Below, one piece after another: positions 1-16,391 of a DNA stretch of 64,000 nucleotides; within the stretch, counting starts at the first letter, position 1, and each line of letters opens with the position of its first letter. The notes under the pieces are model-generated. The model was given only the letters and a program-made list of their open reading frames with translations, was not told the DNA's origin and did not search any database. Source of the stretch: the human T2T-CHM13v2.0 reference genome, Homo sapiens; NCBI RefSeq assembly GCF_009914755.1, contig NC_060925.1, one strand, 5' to 3'. The position numbers and the translations under genes are program-made.

Positions 1-110
1 CATTCCTACACCTACACACGCACCCTACCCCTTAGCCACACCAGACAGTCATGATTCCTTCCTGTTCTCCATGCCAAGCCTCCTCATCCTTGAGGACCCA
101 ACTCAAATAA

Positions 111-343
111 CAGCTAATAACACTTAGCATTAAATGAGTGCTTACTGCCTACCAGGCACTAGTCTCAATGCTTCACATCTACTTTTATTTAATCTTCACA
201 ACCCTATGAAGTAAACACTAGCATTGTACCCATTTCATAGACATAGAACCTAAGGCACAAAGAAGCTGAGTCACTTGCCAAGGTCATACAGCTAACAAGT
301 GTCCGAGCCAGGAGTCAAGCCCATGGCATGCTCTTAACCACTG
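111..343 (-). mobile_element. MIR SINE
   Basis: MIR core-like atttcatagacatagaacctaaggcacaaagaagctgagtcacttgccaaggtcatacagct. Confidence 0.75.
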
Positions 344-740
344 TCGACTCCAATACCCACTCCTTGGAGAAACCTTCTTTGATCTTCTTATGCATCTTCT
401 GTGTTACATCACCACTGGGTATAAAGCTATTATAGCATCTGCCACCTGTAACCTTCAGCTTTGGGTCTCCATATACACACTTTGCAGGAAAGAAGATCAG
501 ACACTACCAGTGTCCACAGCACACCTACCATGACCATGGCTGGAGTCACTAGACTATTCATAGGCCAGAGAGAGGAGGCCACAGAGCCCCCGGGGAGCTG
601 CCAGGTGGTTTCAACAAAAATTCCAGACACACTCGATAAAAAGTTGCCAACCAGAAATACGTAAACACAACTGGAAGCTTGTTGAAAACCTACATTACAT
701 TGACCTATTTTAAGTTAGGTCGAGTGGATTCTACTAACTG

Positions 741-1778
<1,038 letters not shown>

Positions 1779-2245
1779 TAGGATTTTTATATAGCTCTTT
1801 CTTTTTTTTTTTTTTTTTTTTTCAGTTTCCTGACTGAAAGGTCCAATACCAAGCTGCCCAGTACAAAACTGGTCTCCTGGCAACTATAGCTGAATCCACC
1901 ATCGCCTCCCCTAAGAAGGTGGGACCCTTACAGCAACATGGTGCTGTCGTTGTGTGGAGCCATAAAACGGTGGTGTGTCTGGGGCAGCGGGGGTCCGTGA
2001 CGGCTGAGAGGGACCGGCCTGGATAAGGAATGGGAAAGTTAAATTCCCCACCTTTGCGTGGAGCCCCCGAGTTAGACTTGGGGTCTCAAATGTATACTTC
2101 AGGACACAATCAAATTAAAATCCTACCCATGCTTTTGCACAGAGTGCTTATCAGGGCACGTTCATCCAAGAGAACTGAGGAATGAGGAACAAAGAAAACA
2201 AGTTAACATTTACCACGGCTTCCGCTACGCGCTTTACATGAATCA

Positions 2246-2569
<324 letters not shown>

Positions 2570-2736
2570 AAGAAACCAGTGCTTAGAGAGGTGGGGATAG
2601 GGGGATAGGGATGGGTAGGGAAGCAAGCGGCCTTCAGGGGGATCTGATCGGTCAACCCAAGTTGCAGCCCCTAGCCAATCAGCTGCATGTGTTGCACTTT
2701 GACGTGGGGAGCCCGCCTTCCCTACTGCCCCCTTAC

Positions 2737-2892
2737 CTGGCTGGGCCAGGGGCTGCTCCTGATTCAGGATGTTGTACCTCTTCCAGCTGTACTGAGGGGT
2801 TGGTGAGCCCTCCTTTGATTGGCAGGTCAGCTGGATGTTGTTCCCAATTATGGTCTCTCCCTCGATGCCGCATTCTGGTTTGGAGGGTGGCA
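2737..2892 (-). CDS. GPA33: GPA33 coding exon 4 (first half of IgC2, [12 protein letters not shown]...[16 protein letters not shown]...LAQP)
   Basis: Acceptor ctctcctctatatag, donor GTAAGG; 156 nt (cumulative 571); CTX-family PPSKPxC and LxCxSxEGSPxPxYxW motifs; gene continues beyond the left edge. Confidence 0.97.
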
Positions 2893-3221
2893 CTATATAG
2901 AGGAGAGACCAAAGAGAAGGCATGAGGCAGGTGGGGCTTGGTGACAGCCACCCACCCCTCCCCACCCACCCCCCACACACATATACTGCCTTGTTTGTTC
3001 ACAGGCAGAAAACTCCATAGTTGAGTAGTGAGATGGAATGCTGTAAAACCAATTCACCCCAATATGGCCTCAGTGGTCTGTCACCACCACAAAGGAGCAG
3101 TACATATGCTGGGAAGCATTGCGGGCCTGCAGTAGCTTTCCAAGGCATGGCCTCATGTGTGTTCTAGTTTACAGTCATGGGATTTTAAAGATAGCGGAAC
3201 ATGGCCGTTAGAAAGATGGGG

Positions 3222-3561
<340 letters not shown>

Positions 3562-3694
3562 TTATAACTCCAGATCCTGTGCACTCTCCACCAGCCCATA
3601 TGAGCTCCTTCTGCCACTAATTCATTTGTGCCATTTTGGGAAAATCCTCACTTCCCCTCGACCTCAGTGTTCCATTCTGTAAAATTAGTGGACT

Positions 3695-3846
3695 ACAAAC
3701 CTGTTCTGTAAAGGGCCAGGTGGCAATATTTAGGCTTCGCAGACTACATATTGTCTTTGTTGCTGCTACTTTTTCTCTTTAAATAGTATGTTAGAAATGT
3801 AAAAACAGTCTGTGGGCTGGATTTGGTCCTAGTTTGCCTACCCCTG
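3695..3846. mobile_element. MER58-like hAT-Charlie DNA transposon relic
   Basis: caaac...ttctgtaaagggccag...ggatttggtcc..tagtttgcctacccctg termini. Confidence 0.65.
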
Positions 3847-3941
3847 AACTAAGTGATCTCTGAAGCCTTCCACTCTTAACTTCTTAGTAATGTTCTTTCT
3901 GGGTTCAGCACCATCCTCCTCCTGTGCTTTGCAGATAACGT

Positions 3942-4006
3942 GCAGTTGCCATAAGCACGGGATGATGGGCGGAAGCAGTTGCCATAAGCACGGGATGATG
4001 GGCGGA
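3942..4006. repeat. Perfect 32-bp direct duplication (period 33)
   Basis: gcagttgccataagcacgggatgatgggcgga at 3942-3973 and 3975-4006. Confidence 0.95.
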
Positions 4007-5879
4007 CCCACAGGCAGCAGTAAAGTTATGTGCAGGGTGAAGGATGAGGACTGAGGGGACTCGAGCAGGCAGAGGGCGCAGAGGTAAGGAGAGGGAAGCC
4101 CATAGACTGGAGGTTACCCAGAACGGCAGCCACCCTCATCTCACAACCCCAACCCGATTCCCTGGATTTCTGGGAAGCTTAAGCCTGTGCCTTTCACTCA
4201 GCATTGTCAAGATACCATTGTGGAGCTGGGTTCATTCTACAAACCTCACTGGGTGCCTACTGTGTGTCTGACAATGCTGGGCACTTGGAGGACACAGTGG
4301 GTGGGTCAAGGAATCTAGTGGGGGCAAAAGACAAGTAGCTGAACAATGACCAGACAGGAGGCAAGGCTGCTGGGGCAGATAAGGCCTAAAACAGCCCCAA
4401 ACCCAAGATCAGCTGTGACGTGAAGGAAGCATGACAGTAAACAAGGCCAGTGGTGGAGGTGGGAGTGGTGGTCGGAGAAAGAGGTGATGGTACTCCAGGC
4501 AGAGTGAACAGCATGTGCAAAGGCTCAGAGGCAAGAAGCAGCATGAAGCATGCTTGAGACTTCAGGTCGTGTCCTTGGAGGTGAGAAGGGGAGGACACAC
4601 AGTGGAGAGGGTTGCTCCTGGAATCCCTAGGTGGCAAGCCTGTCTCCTCTGCGTCTTTCTTTTCACATCCCCTTGGATGGCTTGCTCGCTCAATAAACAG
4701 TGCTGCCCATTCTATAATCCAGGTGCACGGTCGCTGAGCATCAGGAGTGCATTCTGATCTCGGCCCCACCCGGCAGCTGCTGAGAGAAACCCTTCCACAC
4801 ACACCACTCCCCTCTAGCCCAGCAGCCACAGTATTTCCTCTTGGAAAGAGCCAGGCTATTGTTGGGTGTGCCCAACATCTCCTGCTGCCATAGTGAGGGC
4901 TGGCCAGGTGTGGGGCGAGCATGAGGGAAATTAGAGGCCCTCCCTGATTGTCACTTTCCCTTGGATGGTTCCTAAACATAAGAGGTCCAAAGTTCAAGGC
5001 CGGGCCTCATCTATCCTGCACCAGACCCTGGGACTGGAGCAGTGTGGGGAGGGGGAGTCTGCGGCTTAAGGACCACTCTTACCAGCAGCCAACAAGCAGG
5101 TCCCCGGGGAACAAGAGAAGGTGAACACCACTTCCCAGAGGACCCCTAGGATGGGCTTGCTGAGCCAAGCTTTATCTCTTGAGCTTTTCAGAGGTACGGG
5201 AGCATCCCTCTCCACGCATCCAAACCATTCAGCCTTTTCCCAGGAATGCCTTGAATCGGAAGCAAAGGCTTTATTCCACAATTGGAGAGCGGGCAAAACA
5301 CCAATCCCACCTGAGGAGTCCCAGGTGTCCCCAAAGTCACACCAAGTGTGCATGACTGACAGTAGAGCCTTTCTACAACCAGGTTTCTTTGGGATAAAAG
5401 ACAAAAAGGGAAGAAAAGTAACTGAGGCCTACTGGCATCTACAGAGCACTCAAAGGCATCCGAATGCATCCAAAAACTGTTATAGCTTTGCTGAAACCAC
5501 CATTTTCTAAGGGAAAACTGCTGAAAGCAAATCCTTAATTCTCTCCAGAGGCAGAGGTACAGACAATGGCAAAGAAGTGACCAGCCACTCCCAAAGAGAT
5601 CAGCCTTAGGGCGGAATGTGTCAGTTCCCAGCCCCTAAACCCTCTGGCCTCACCCAGGAACCCCTGCTCTCACCCTGTCCAGATCCCTCACTAAGGTCTC
5701 TCCCCTCAGCCTTCCACCGTCAAAAACAGGTAGGACCTCCGATCAAACAGATCTTTAACAGATCAAATCGTCCTTCCACACATGTGGGGCCCGTGAGACC
5801 TCCGGGGGACTCGGTATATTATCAGTCTTACCTCCCCAGCAGAATGCAGATGTTACCTGAATATTCACTGGAGGAGCAG

Positions 5880-6130
5880 TGATAGGGAGGGAGGGGAAAC
5901 GGAACCAGTCGGGTGCCAAGGCCTCTCCGAAGCCTGCGACTCCCGCTACAGACGTCAGGGGGCGCCAGAGGCCGGAGCACCGGGTCCCCGGTCCCGGAGC
6001 CCCAGTTTTCCCAGCCGAAACCGAGACTGAGACCACGCGTGCTGCCCCGAGGCGCGGGCTGAGGGGCCGCCGGGCTGGGAGCTTCATGCTCGCCTCGGTT
6101 TACTGAGGTCATCCAGCCCCAGTGGGCTGG
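5880..6130. promoter_or_regulatory. Small CpG-rich island in GPA33 intron 3 with CTCF-like motif
   Basis: Non-repeat, GC- and CpG-dense; GACGTCAGGGGGCGCCA at 5951-5967. Confidence 0.6.
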
Positions 6131-6289
6131 CTGCCTTAAAATAGCCTAGCTGCAAAGCCATTAGGAAAGAAAACGTGTGTGTGAATGTTTATATATGTTT
6201 TTATTTATGTTTATATATGTTTATATGTATATAATTTAAACTTGTTTCTTCGAGTGCATTAAAAAAATGGGCTCTTTCTTTTCTCTGTG

Positions 6290-6555
6290 TTTTTTGTTTG
6301 TTTGCTTGCTTGCTCGCTTGCTCGCTTGTTTGTTTTGAGGCCGGTCTCTGTCACCCAGGTGGGAGAGCAGCGGCTCGATCACGGCTCATTGCAGCCTCGA
6401 CCTCCCCAACTCAAGAGATCCTCCACCTCAATTTATTTATTTATTTATTTATTTATTTATTTTGTAGAGAGGAGGTCTGGCTATGTTGCTCAGGCTGGTC
6501 TCCGCCTCGGCCTCCTAAAGTGCTGGGATTACAGGCTTGAGCTACCGCACCCGAC
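6290..6555 (-). mobile_element. Degenerate AluJ with (TTTA)n
   Basis: Alu homology with internal deletions. Confidence 0.75.
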
Positions 6556-8076
6556 CCTTCTTCTTTTTTAAAAAAGTAAAACATTGGTTTCACCGAGTTC
6601 CATAATCTCAGATTAAATTTGTATCCTTCTGGCTGGCCCTGGTTGGGAGGAAGAGGGATCAGCATTTATATAATGCTTATGTGGAGGATTTCGGGGGAGT
6701 GTGCATTAATACTTCCATTGCCCAAAGGAAATGAGACCTATTTAAGGGACCCCTAACATACATATGTACGTGTGTGTATGGGATGTCTATTGTAGTATTG
6801 TTCATACAAAAAAATGTTAACAGCCTGAATATTCATCAGTATGGAACACTTGAATAAATCATGGTACCTCCGTGTGATGGAATGTATGCTGTTAATCGGT
6901 AGATCTGCATGTGCCGATCTGGAGAAATGCGCATGAAACAAGGTTAGAAAGAAAAAACGCAGAGTGATCTTTATAACATGATTCCATTTTTTTTAAAGGA
7001 AAGAAAGGAAAAGAGAAAAGTATGCAAGAGTGTGTGTGTGTTGAAAGGACATGAGGAAAATATGGAATACCTACCTGTGTTGCCATTGGCTACCTCTCTA
7101 GGGGGTAGGGTGGAAGGAGACCTTAGTTATTCTTTATACAATGCGAGTTTGCATAGTTGTATAGTTGGACCCACTATAATGCTTTCAAAACGTCAGGCAA
7201 CCACCTTATGCAATAAAAATATCTTAATTATTAATTAAATTAAATTTTAAAATAAATTTAATTTAAATTAAACATATTAATTAAAAATAAAATGCAATCA
7301 ATTATGTAAAAGGAAGAGGGAAAAAAGATCTTTGTTTTGGTTTAAAGCATTGCTACCTCCCAGCAGTGGTGCCATTTCTTATATTGGACATAGACTAAGT
7401 GCTCATTAAATAACAGTTATTTTCCAATAACGATTTGACTTTGAGTCAGTTCCTTCCTTTCTCTGGGCTTCATCTACAAAATGAGGATATTAAAGTAGAT
7501 GATCTTTCAGATCCTTCCCAAACTATAAATTCCAATAATAAGTCATTCCTATGAAAAGAATGTTATCTTGGGACACATTTCAAAGGGAGCAGAACCTGAC
7601 TGATGGAGTATCTGTTGAGGGATGGGGGTGAGCAGATGGTGGCATGAAGAATTTCTGCTGGGTAGCCAAAGTTACGGCAGGGAAAGATATAAGAGAATCA
7701 TGATGTGGCCCCCTGAGCACCCAATTAAGGCACAATGAGTCTTTGCAATAGGATTTAAGATTTTCCTTTATCTTTGTAATAAGTGTGGTATGAAAAAGAG
7801 GAGCTGGTATGGAGGAAAGGACACCGACAGAGCAAGGGACCACTCCAAGTCGGCCTTCTCTGTCCTCGAGACTGTTGGCCATTGGCGGAGAACTCAGAAT
7901 AGTGTTTAGTTCCAAAGGGAGGAGCGGTCCCTCTGCTGAAGACAGCCTGGACGAGGTGAGGAGTCTTAGCTCCTTGTTGCTGCCTCTGGCTTCGTCTCAA
8001 CACCTGGGCTCTTCTCCCTGTGCTGCCACCTGCCCACCCTCTTCCTACAACTCCTGAAAGACATGAAGACACTCAC

Positions 8077-8293
8077 CGAGGACCAACAGGCGGACACGTG
8101 ACTTGGTGTTGCCCTCCAGGTCTGACATCAGCGAGACAGAACACTCGTAGGTGCCGTTGTCAGCCATGGTCAGCTGATCAATGGTGATGGAGGCATCGGA
8201 CTGCTCAGCATTGTTGGATATGCTGACGCGATTCTTATAAAGCTCACCATGGATGTAGTTTTTGTTTGAAAACGGCCAGATGACCACCCTTTC
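8077..8293 (-). CDS. GPA33: GPA33 coding exon 3 (rest of IgV, ERVVIWPF...DNGTYECSV...RLLVL)
   Basis: Acceptor tctctccag, donor GTGAGT; 217 nt (cumulative 415, phase 1); DxGxYxC IgV motif. Confidence 0.97.
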
Positions 8294-8789
8294 CTGGAGA
8301 GAGAAGAAATGGCACCAGGTCTTCACCCAAAGGCCCTTGCCTGGTGCTTCCAGCCTGCCCTGACTACCCTCATCCCCCAGTTTCCAGGGCCCAGAAGCAC
8401 AGACCTGCCAACCCCTCAGAACAAATAGCTCGCATATGTGCTACCCATTTGTGGATTTCTTGTATTATATATATATTTTTTTAGTTTATTTTTAAAATGA
8501 AAATATTGAAAGAAGTTAGGCAGTTCATACCGCAGTACACATGTGGGTGAATGGGTCCATCTGGGATCCCAGCACTTTCACCTCTTGTAATCTCCGGCAT
8601 CTCTCTTATCCATTCCATTTTCTCCATAGCCTATCCTCACTCATTCAGTCTATCAGTATTTACTGAGCACCTTCCATGTACCAGGCATGATGCTGGGCAG
8701 CCAGCCTTGGCTGCCAAACCCACTTTATTTTCTTGACTCTTGCCTTTGGAATGTACTGATTGATTGATAGACTCATCATTTATCAAATT

Positions 8790-9045
8790 GTATGTGGTAA
8801 TGGCTAAATCACAGACTTTCAAGCCAGACTGCTTCAATTCAAATCCCCATTCTCCCATGTACTAATTGTATGACCTTGAGCAAAATGTTCCACCAGTGAT
8901 TCTGTTAACTATTCTGCAAAATGGAGATGATGACAATAACACCTGCCTCTCAGGACTGTAGTGAGAATTACAGTAGTAATATACACAAAGCAGTTAGGGC
9001 ATTATGTGACATGTTAAGTTTCTAGAAGTGCTAGCCATTATTATA
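8790..9045 (+). mobile_element. MIR SINE
   Basis: ttcaaatccc...tgaccttgagcaa...ctgcaaaatggagatgat core. Confidence 0.7.
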
Positions 9046-9464
9046 ACTGAGCATCTACTAGGTGTCTGACATTTGAAGATGATAATTCACGAATTCTGCA
9101 CCCAAAGAGTGATGGAAGTGATAGACAACCAAACCTTGCAACATCTTGTGATTATCTCTAGGACCCCAGAAGAAAATATCACTTCCAGAGTGGTAAGTCA
9201 GGGGAGGCTTCCTAGGAGAGGTGACAGTTGCCTTGAATCCTAAAAACAACTAAGAATTAGCCAGGCAAAGGGCTGGGGGTATTGGGAGAGTAAGTGTTGG
9301 AGTAGGATAAAGGTGTTGGGCATTTCAGGCAAAAGAAGAACCACAGAGAAAGAATTAGATGTGGGAAGCAACATATCAACCCCAGTCATTCAGTATGAAT
9401 GGAGGTAAGTGTGTGAGTGAGGGACTGGTGAGAGGGTGAGCTTGGGCAGGTAGCAATAAAGATC

Positions 9465-9700
9465 ATAGCTGCTATTTATTGAGTGTATGCTATGTGCTAG
9501 GTACTAGCCTATGCACTTGGTATGTATTATCTCATGGAATCTTCACAACACCCCTAAAGTAGGTATATGATTACACTCATTTTACAAATGAGGAAGCCAA
9601 GGCACCAAGAAGTTAAAGGCCTCCCCCAAGTTCACATGATGTTTAAGTAAACGACAGCGCTGAGGTTCAAACCGGGCATTGTGGCTCCAGAGCCTGAAGT
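9465..9700 (-). mobile_element. MIR SINE inside L2-like sequence
   Basis: attttacaaatgaggaagccaaggcaccaagaagttaa core. Confidence 0.7.
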
Positions 9701-11449
9701 CCGGAGATTCTACAATGCCAGGTCTCAGACATCGTGTATATGGGACTAAACAGTTTGCATTTACCCTGAAGTGCTAGAGAGCCATGTATTTAGGAAGTCA
9801 GCTCTCAACACAGGATGGAAAGTGACTTGGAAGGAGAAAAGGGACTGGTTAAGAAACCAGTTTAACAATTCAGGTAAAAAATGATGGGTCCTCAGATAAG
9901 GTTGTGGCAATGCAGATGGAAAGAATGAAATGAATTTGAGGAGTATGAAAGTGGGGGCACCAATGAGACCATGAAGCCAGGAGAAGATCCGATGGACAGA
10001 GTAAGGGAACGGCAGACTTCCAGGGTAAGAGTTTTTTGGCTTGGATATTTGGTGATGTCATTTCCAAGAGAGGAAACACAAAGGAAGGGAATGTTTTATG
10101 AATAAACAATGTGTTCTCTTTACGTGTGGGGTATCTGGAGTGTCGGTGGGAGATCCATCTAGGTGGAGGAGTCAGTAAGAGCCAGACAGGTCAGTTTAGT
10201 GCAACTGGGGATGAAGGTTTGGGAGCCAATGACATGTCGATGTTCACTGAGACATGGGCTAGATGAAGCCACCCGGGATAAATAAGTAGAGAAATGGCAA
10301 GTCACCAAGTTACTTCATTTGAAGGGTCAAGGAGAGGTCAGAGAGCTAAGAGGAAAAGCCAAGACAAGACTTCCAGAAAGTCAAGACAAGAAGACTCCAA
10401 GGTTGGAAAGTGGCTGCTGGTGTGAAATGCTAATGAGAGATGAAATAAGATGGCTGAATGAAGTGTACTGAATTGAGCGAAAAAAGAGGTTGCTGTTGAT
10501 TTCTGTAGAGCATTAGGTATAGAAGCGAGACCATGATGGACAGAGAATGTGGAGACCCGATGTCAAGTCTGACACCTGTGCGTGCAGTGCGCTTTGTGCA
10601 ACATTAGAATAAGGGGCTCTACAGCCTGTGCTGGGATACATGGCTTGGCTAATGAAGCACATATCCTTGTGCAGGGTGCAATCTACCCAACCACAGGCAA
10701 CAGACAAGGTTGAGGCAGACAGCTCTTTCAGGAAGCTTAGCTGACAAGCGAGGGAGAAACAAGATGGGAGATGCAAAGGTGTCTCGGGCTGTGGATCAGT
10801 CCATGGATACCGGTCCTTCCCAATTCTGCTCTTTTCTGATGCTGACTGGCTCTGCCCAGGACCCTCTGCCCAGTAACCCTCCTCCCATCAAAGATATCCT
10901 AAGCCTCCCTCCCTGGACCTCCGCCAGGCTAGAAGACCTGCTAGGACCTGTCACAATAATCTCCTTGAGGGGCCGTATTTAAATCCCTTTCTCTATACTC
11001 TTGCAGGGTCTCAAGGCAATTGCCTGAAATCCTTCTGGAAGTAAGGGACCCAGCAGTCAATAAAATAACTTTAGTATCTACCTTAACACCCAGAAAACTG
11101 TCAGGCAGAGACCTCAAGTCTGGCCTGCTAAATAAGTATGATGGCAAGAGAAGGTTCCCTTTCGCTCCTACAAGCTAAAGGCAGCAGCTCCCCTCTCTGG
11201 GATTTTACCCTGGGACTCTGGGAGCAGTCGGGACAGGTGGCTATGGCCCATCATGGTCCCTTGGTGCGTCTGACCAAGACTTGCTCTCTTTCCCCATCCG
11301 TCCTGCCGCTCGAGGCCTTGAGTGTTCTAGGCCACCCCTTCTTTCCTGTTAGGGAAAAAGCTAAGTCTTTCCACTCTAAGTGGTCGGGGACCTAATGCTT
11401 ATCTCTGCCAGGCACGTTTGCATTTTAAAAGAAGACCTCACTTTTAAAC

Positions 11450-12160
11450 TTATGAATAGATGCTCTACTTCTTATAATTAAAGAAATGTTAATTTGATGA
11501 TGAATGAGATGTTTTTTCGCTTATCAGACTGGCAAATAGCGAACAGTTTGAGAATGCTCTGTGTTGGAGAAATAGGTGTCCTCACTGTTGGTGGTGAAAA
11601 TAAAGATTGGGAGACATTTAATGAGAAAAATTTGATGTTATTTGTCAAAATGTTTAATTCACATACCCTTTTTCACATGACCCAGAGTTTTAATAATTTA
11701 TTTTATATATGTATATATAGAGAGGTACATATAAGGGTATTTATATTTATGCAGCGTTATTTGTAGCAGCAAAATATAAGAAACATACCAAATGTCCATT
11801 CATGGTACATATAGTACCTTCATAAATTGAAATGCCTTTTGCAAATGTTGAAAAATGAGATAGATAAATATACTCATATACACAAAGAGCCCAAGATGTA
11901 TTAAGAGTCGAATGCAAAACAGTATGTGTGTAGTATATGTAAATATACATATTCATATACGCAAATACATCTATAAAAACATATATCCATGCTCGTATAT
12001 GCCCTGCCTGGGGGTGGAGGAAAGTGGGGGATAGAGGATGAGGGTGTGGGAAGAGGGTGGGTGAGACAGGAGAAGCAGGGATGGGAATGAGCCTTCTCAA
12101 TGCACACTTTTTATGAGGTTTTGATTTTCAAACCATGAGATTATATTATCTATTTAAAAA
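11450..12160 (+). mobile_element. Old L1 (L1ME-like) 3' fragment
   Basis: Degenerate L1 ORF2 end/3'UTR motifs (ctcactgttggtggtgaaaataaagattgg; gcagcgttatttgtagcagcaaaa). Confidence 0.6.
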
Positions 12161-12538
12161 TAGAAATAGAAAAAAAAAACAAAACTCCTCCACACTTCCC
12201 AAAAGAATCCAAACAGGAAAAAAAACCCATAAAATTTGGCCTCAGAGCAAGGGCTATGCTAATCAAAAGGAGTGACTGACTCGCATGATACAATTTAGGT
12301 CATTTGAGATTGGCCACCAGAAAGATATTTTAGGGGCAGGTGACATTTTCAAAATAAAGGTGACATACTCTGGCCCTCCATGAGCCCAACATTCACTGCT
12401 CCCTCCCCACCCACTCCAGCCTGGGTGCTAGTGTTTATTCTACCATTTATGGAAAGACTTCATAGTGCTTGCCTTCTAAGAGGTCCTGGTCAGGTGATAA
12501 TCATTCCCATGTTGCCTGAACTTGTAAAGTATCCTTAC

Positions 12539-12693
12539 CGTATGAGTGAGGAGGAGCTTATCCCATTGAATAAGTCCCTCTCGACTGGAGGTGGAAGTGT
12601 GGTAGGTGCAGGGCAGGGTGACACTCTTTCCCTGCGAAGCCCGAAGAACGTCCTGCGGAGTTTCCACAGAGATGGCATCGACGGTCACCCTGA
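12539..12693 (-). CDS. GPA33: GPA33 coding exon 2 (start of IgV domain, VRVTVDAISVETPQ...WDKLLLTHT)
   Basis: Acceptor tttccag, donor GTAAGG; 155 nt (cumulative 198, phase 0); contains the IgV B-strand Cys (LPCTY) and C-strand Trp. Confidence 0.97.
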
Positions 12694-13289
12694 CTGGAAA
12701 GAAAGTAGGCAGTGGAAGGGAAAAGTAAGCGACACGGACAGACATACCCACTCACTGCCCACAGGACCACTGAGGGAATGTCCAGGGCTGTTCTTGCACC
12801 TCCAGCCACAGCTAGAGCCATCTTGGCCACCTTGGCCCTGGCAACCAGCTTCTCCTCCAAGACTGCGATGAGGACAAACACATGGGCCTTGGTCCACCTG
12901 ACTCCACCCCACAGCATGATGAATTGCCTGGCCCTGAACCTCAGCCCTACTTCTTACCAGCTGTGTCAACTTGTCTGAGCGTCAGTTTTCTCATCAATAA
13001 AATAGGAGCTCTAATACTTATTTCCTTGATTTATTGGGAAAATTAATGGAGATACCATGTGTAAGTATTTTTATTACTCCCTGGCGCATAGAAAACTCTC
13101 AATAAACATTACCTGCCATCGTTTTGGTTGTGATGATGATGTATTCTCTCATTTAACAAGTATTTATGGAACATTTGTATGTGGTAAAGAATTTTATGAA
13201 TAAGATTATATCGAGGTAAAGAGATGGACCATATTTTCACAGGAGTTTATCTCGTATGAGTTTATCAGAACAAGGTTAGGAAAAAGAAT

Positions 13290-13765
13290 GTGGCCACACT
13301 AGCATATTTTATCACACATGCTCTTGCCACGTGATGTTGACTCTCCTCCCTCAGGAGGTGGGGTCTGTGTTCCTTCTCTTCGAGCCTGGGTGCACCTGTG
13401 ACTCCAGTGTAAGGGATGTTATGTGGCTCTGAGGCCAACTCATAAAAGGCCATTCTCTTCACCTGGTCCCTTGCGATGCTCACCCTGGAAAACCATCAAC
13501 ATTCTGAAGGGAGGTAAGCAGCCACATGGAAAGACAGGTGTCTGTGTTTGGGACACCAACTGAGGTCCTTTGGGACAGCCAACTTCAACTCCCAGACATG
13601 GGAGTGAGCAAACCCAGCCACCTAGCTGTTGGAACTGATGCTGAGGGGTGCAGAGTTGAGCTACCCTGCAGATCCCTGCCCAAATTGAAGACTCAGGAGT
13701 AAAATAAAGATTGTTATTATTTTAAGTACTGAGTTTTGGGGTGGTTTGTTATACAGAATAGATGC
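13290..13765 (+). mobile_element. MLT1-type MaLR solo LTR
   Basis: 3' end ctgcccaaattg...ttttaagtactgagttttggggtggtttgttatacag. Confidence 0.75.
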
Positions 13766-13774
13766 TTGGCACAG

Positions 13775-15300
<1,526 letters not shown>

Positions 15301-16077
15301 TTTCCCAAAATATGTGTATGATGATTTAAAAAATAATACTTTTACACTGTTTGTTGATGATGAGAATGAGCCAAGAGAGAATGGGGACAGAAATGATGTC
15401 CTTGTAGGGCAAATGGGGCTGGGGGTACGGTGTTATGGGAGGACAGGCCTTAGAAGAGATGCCGGGCTGTCTACCCACTGTAACAGGATGTGGCTAAAGG
15501 TGCAAGTGGGCTGGTAGATTTGGTGGTAGAAGGGTGAGCAAGTTCTTACTGAATGTTCCCATGATGAGGCTGCAGCATAAAGAAGGAAAATGTCCTGCTG
15601 AAGACCGTCCCCCCGCCCAGCTGGGAAGACTCCACTATCCAGGCAAATTCCAGCTGGATTAACACACTTCTCTTTCAAAATGCAAATCGCTCCTGGGAAA
15701 CAGGGAAGCATTCGGGTTGTTCATACTTCATTAAGCAGTATTTCATAAGGTGAAAGTCAGCCACCCTCCTGGAATGGGCACTGTACAGTGAGGGCCATGT
15801 GAGCTCCTGGGGTGAGTTTATAATATCCGGGAGTATTGGATATTGGGAATGAGAGACAGGAAGATGTCAAAAAAACAGGTTTCCCCTCTTTGGCATTTGC
15901 ATATTTTCCTCATGGTGATGCCAGTGCCAGAAGCCCCTGAAAATTTGTTCAAATGTTGGCTTCCCAAGTCACTGATGCTGCTCCAGAAGGTGATTCCAAA
16001 GTGGCCAAGACTTATCAAATGACCCTCCATGTGACTGGTGTCTTTCCACCACCTTCGTCTATCAGAAAACATTTGCT

Positions 16078-16391
<314 letters not shown>

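Noticed and set aside
3942-4006. 32-bp direct repeats resembling CRISPR repeat length
   Set aside because: Only two copies with a 1-nt gap, no spacers, no cas genes, eukaryotic context
4386-4997. 203-aa minus-strand ORF
   Set aside because: Non-ATG start, no recognisable domain, partly overlaps L2-like sequence; consistent with a chance ORF
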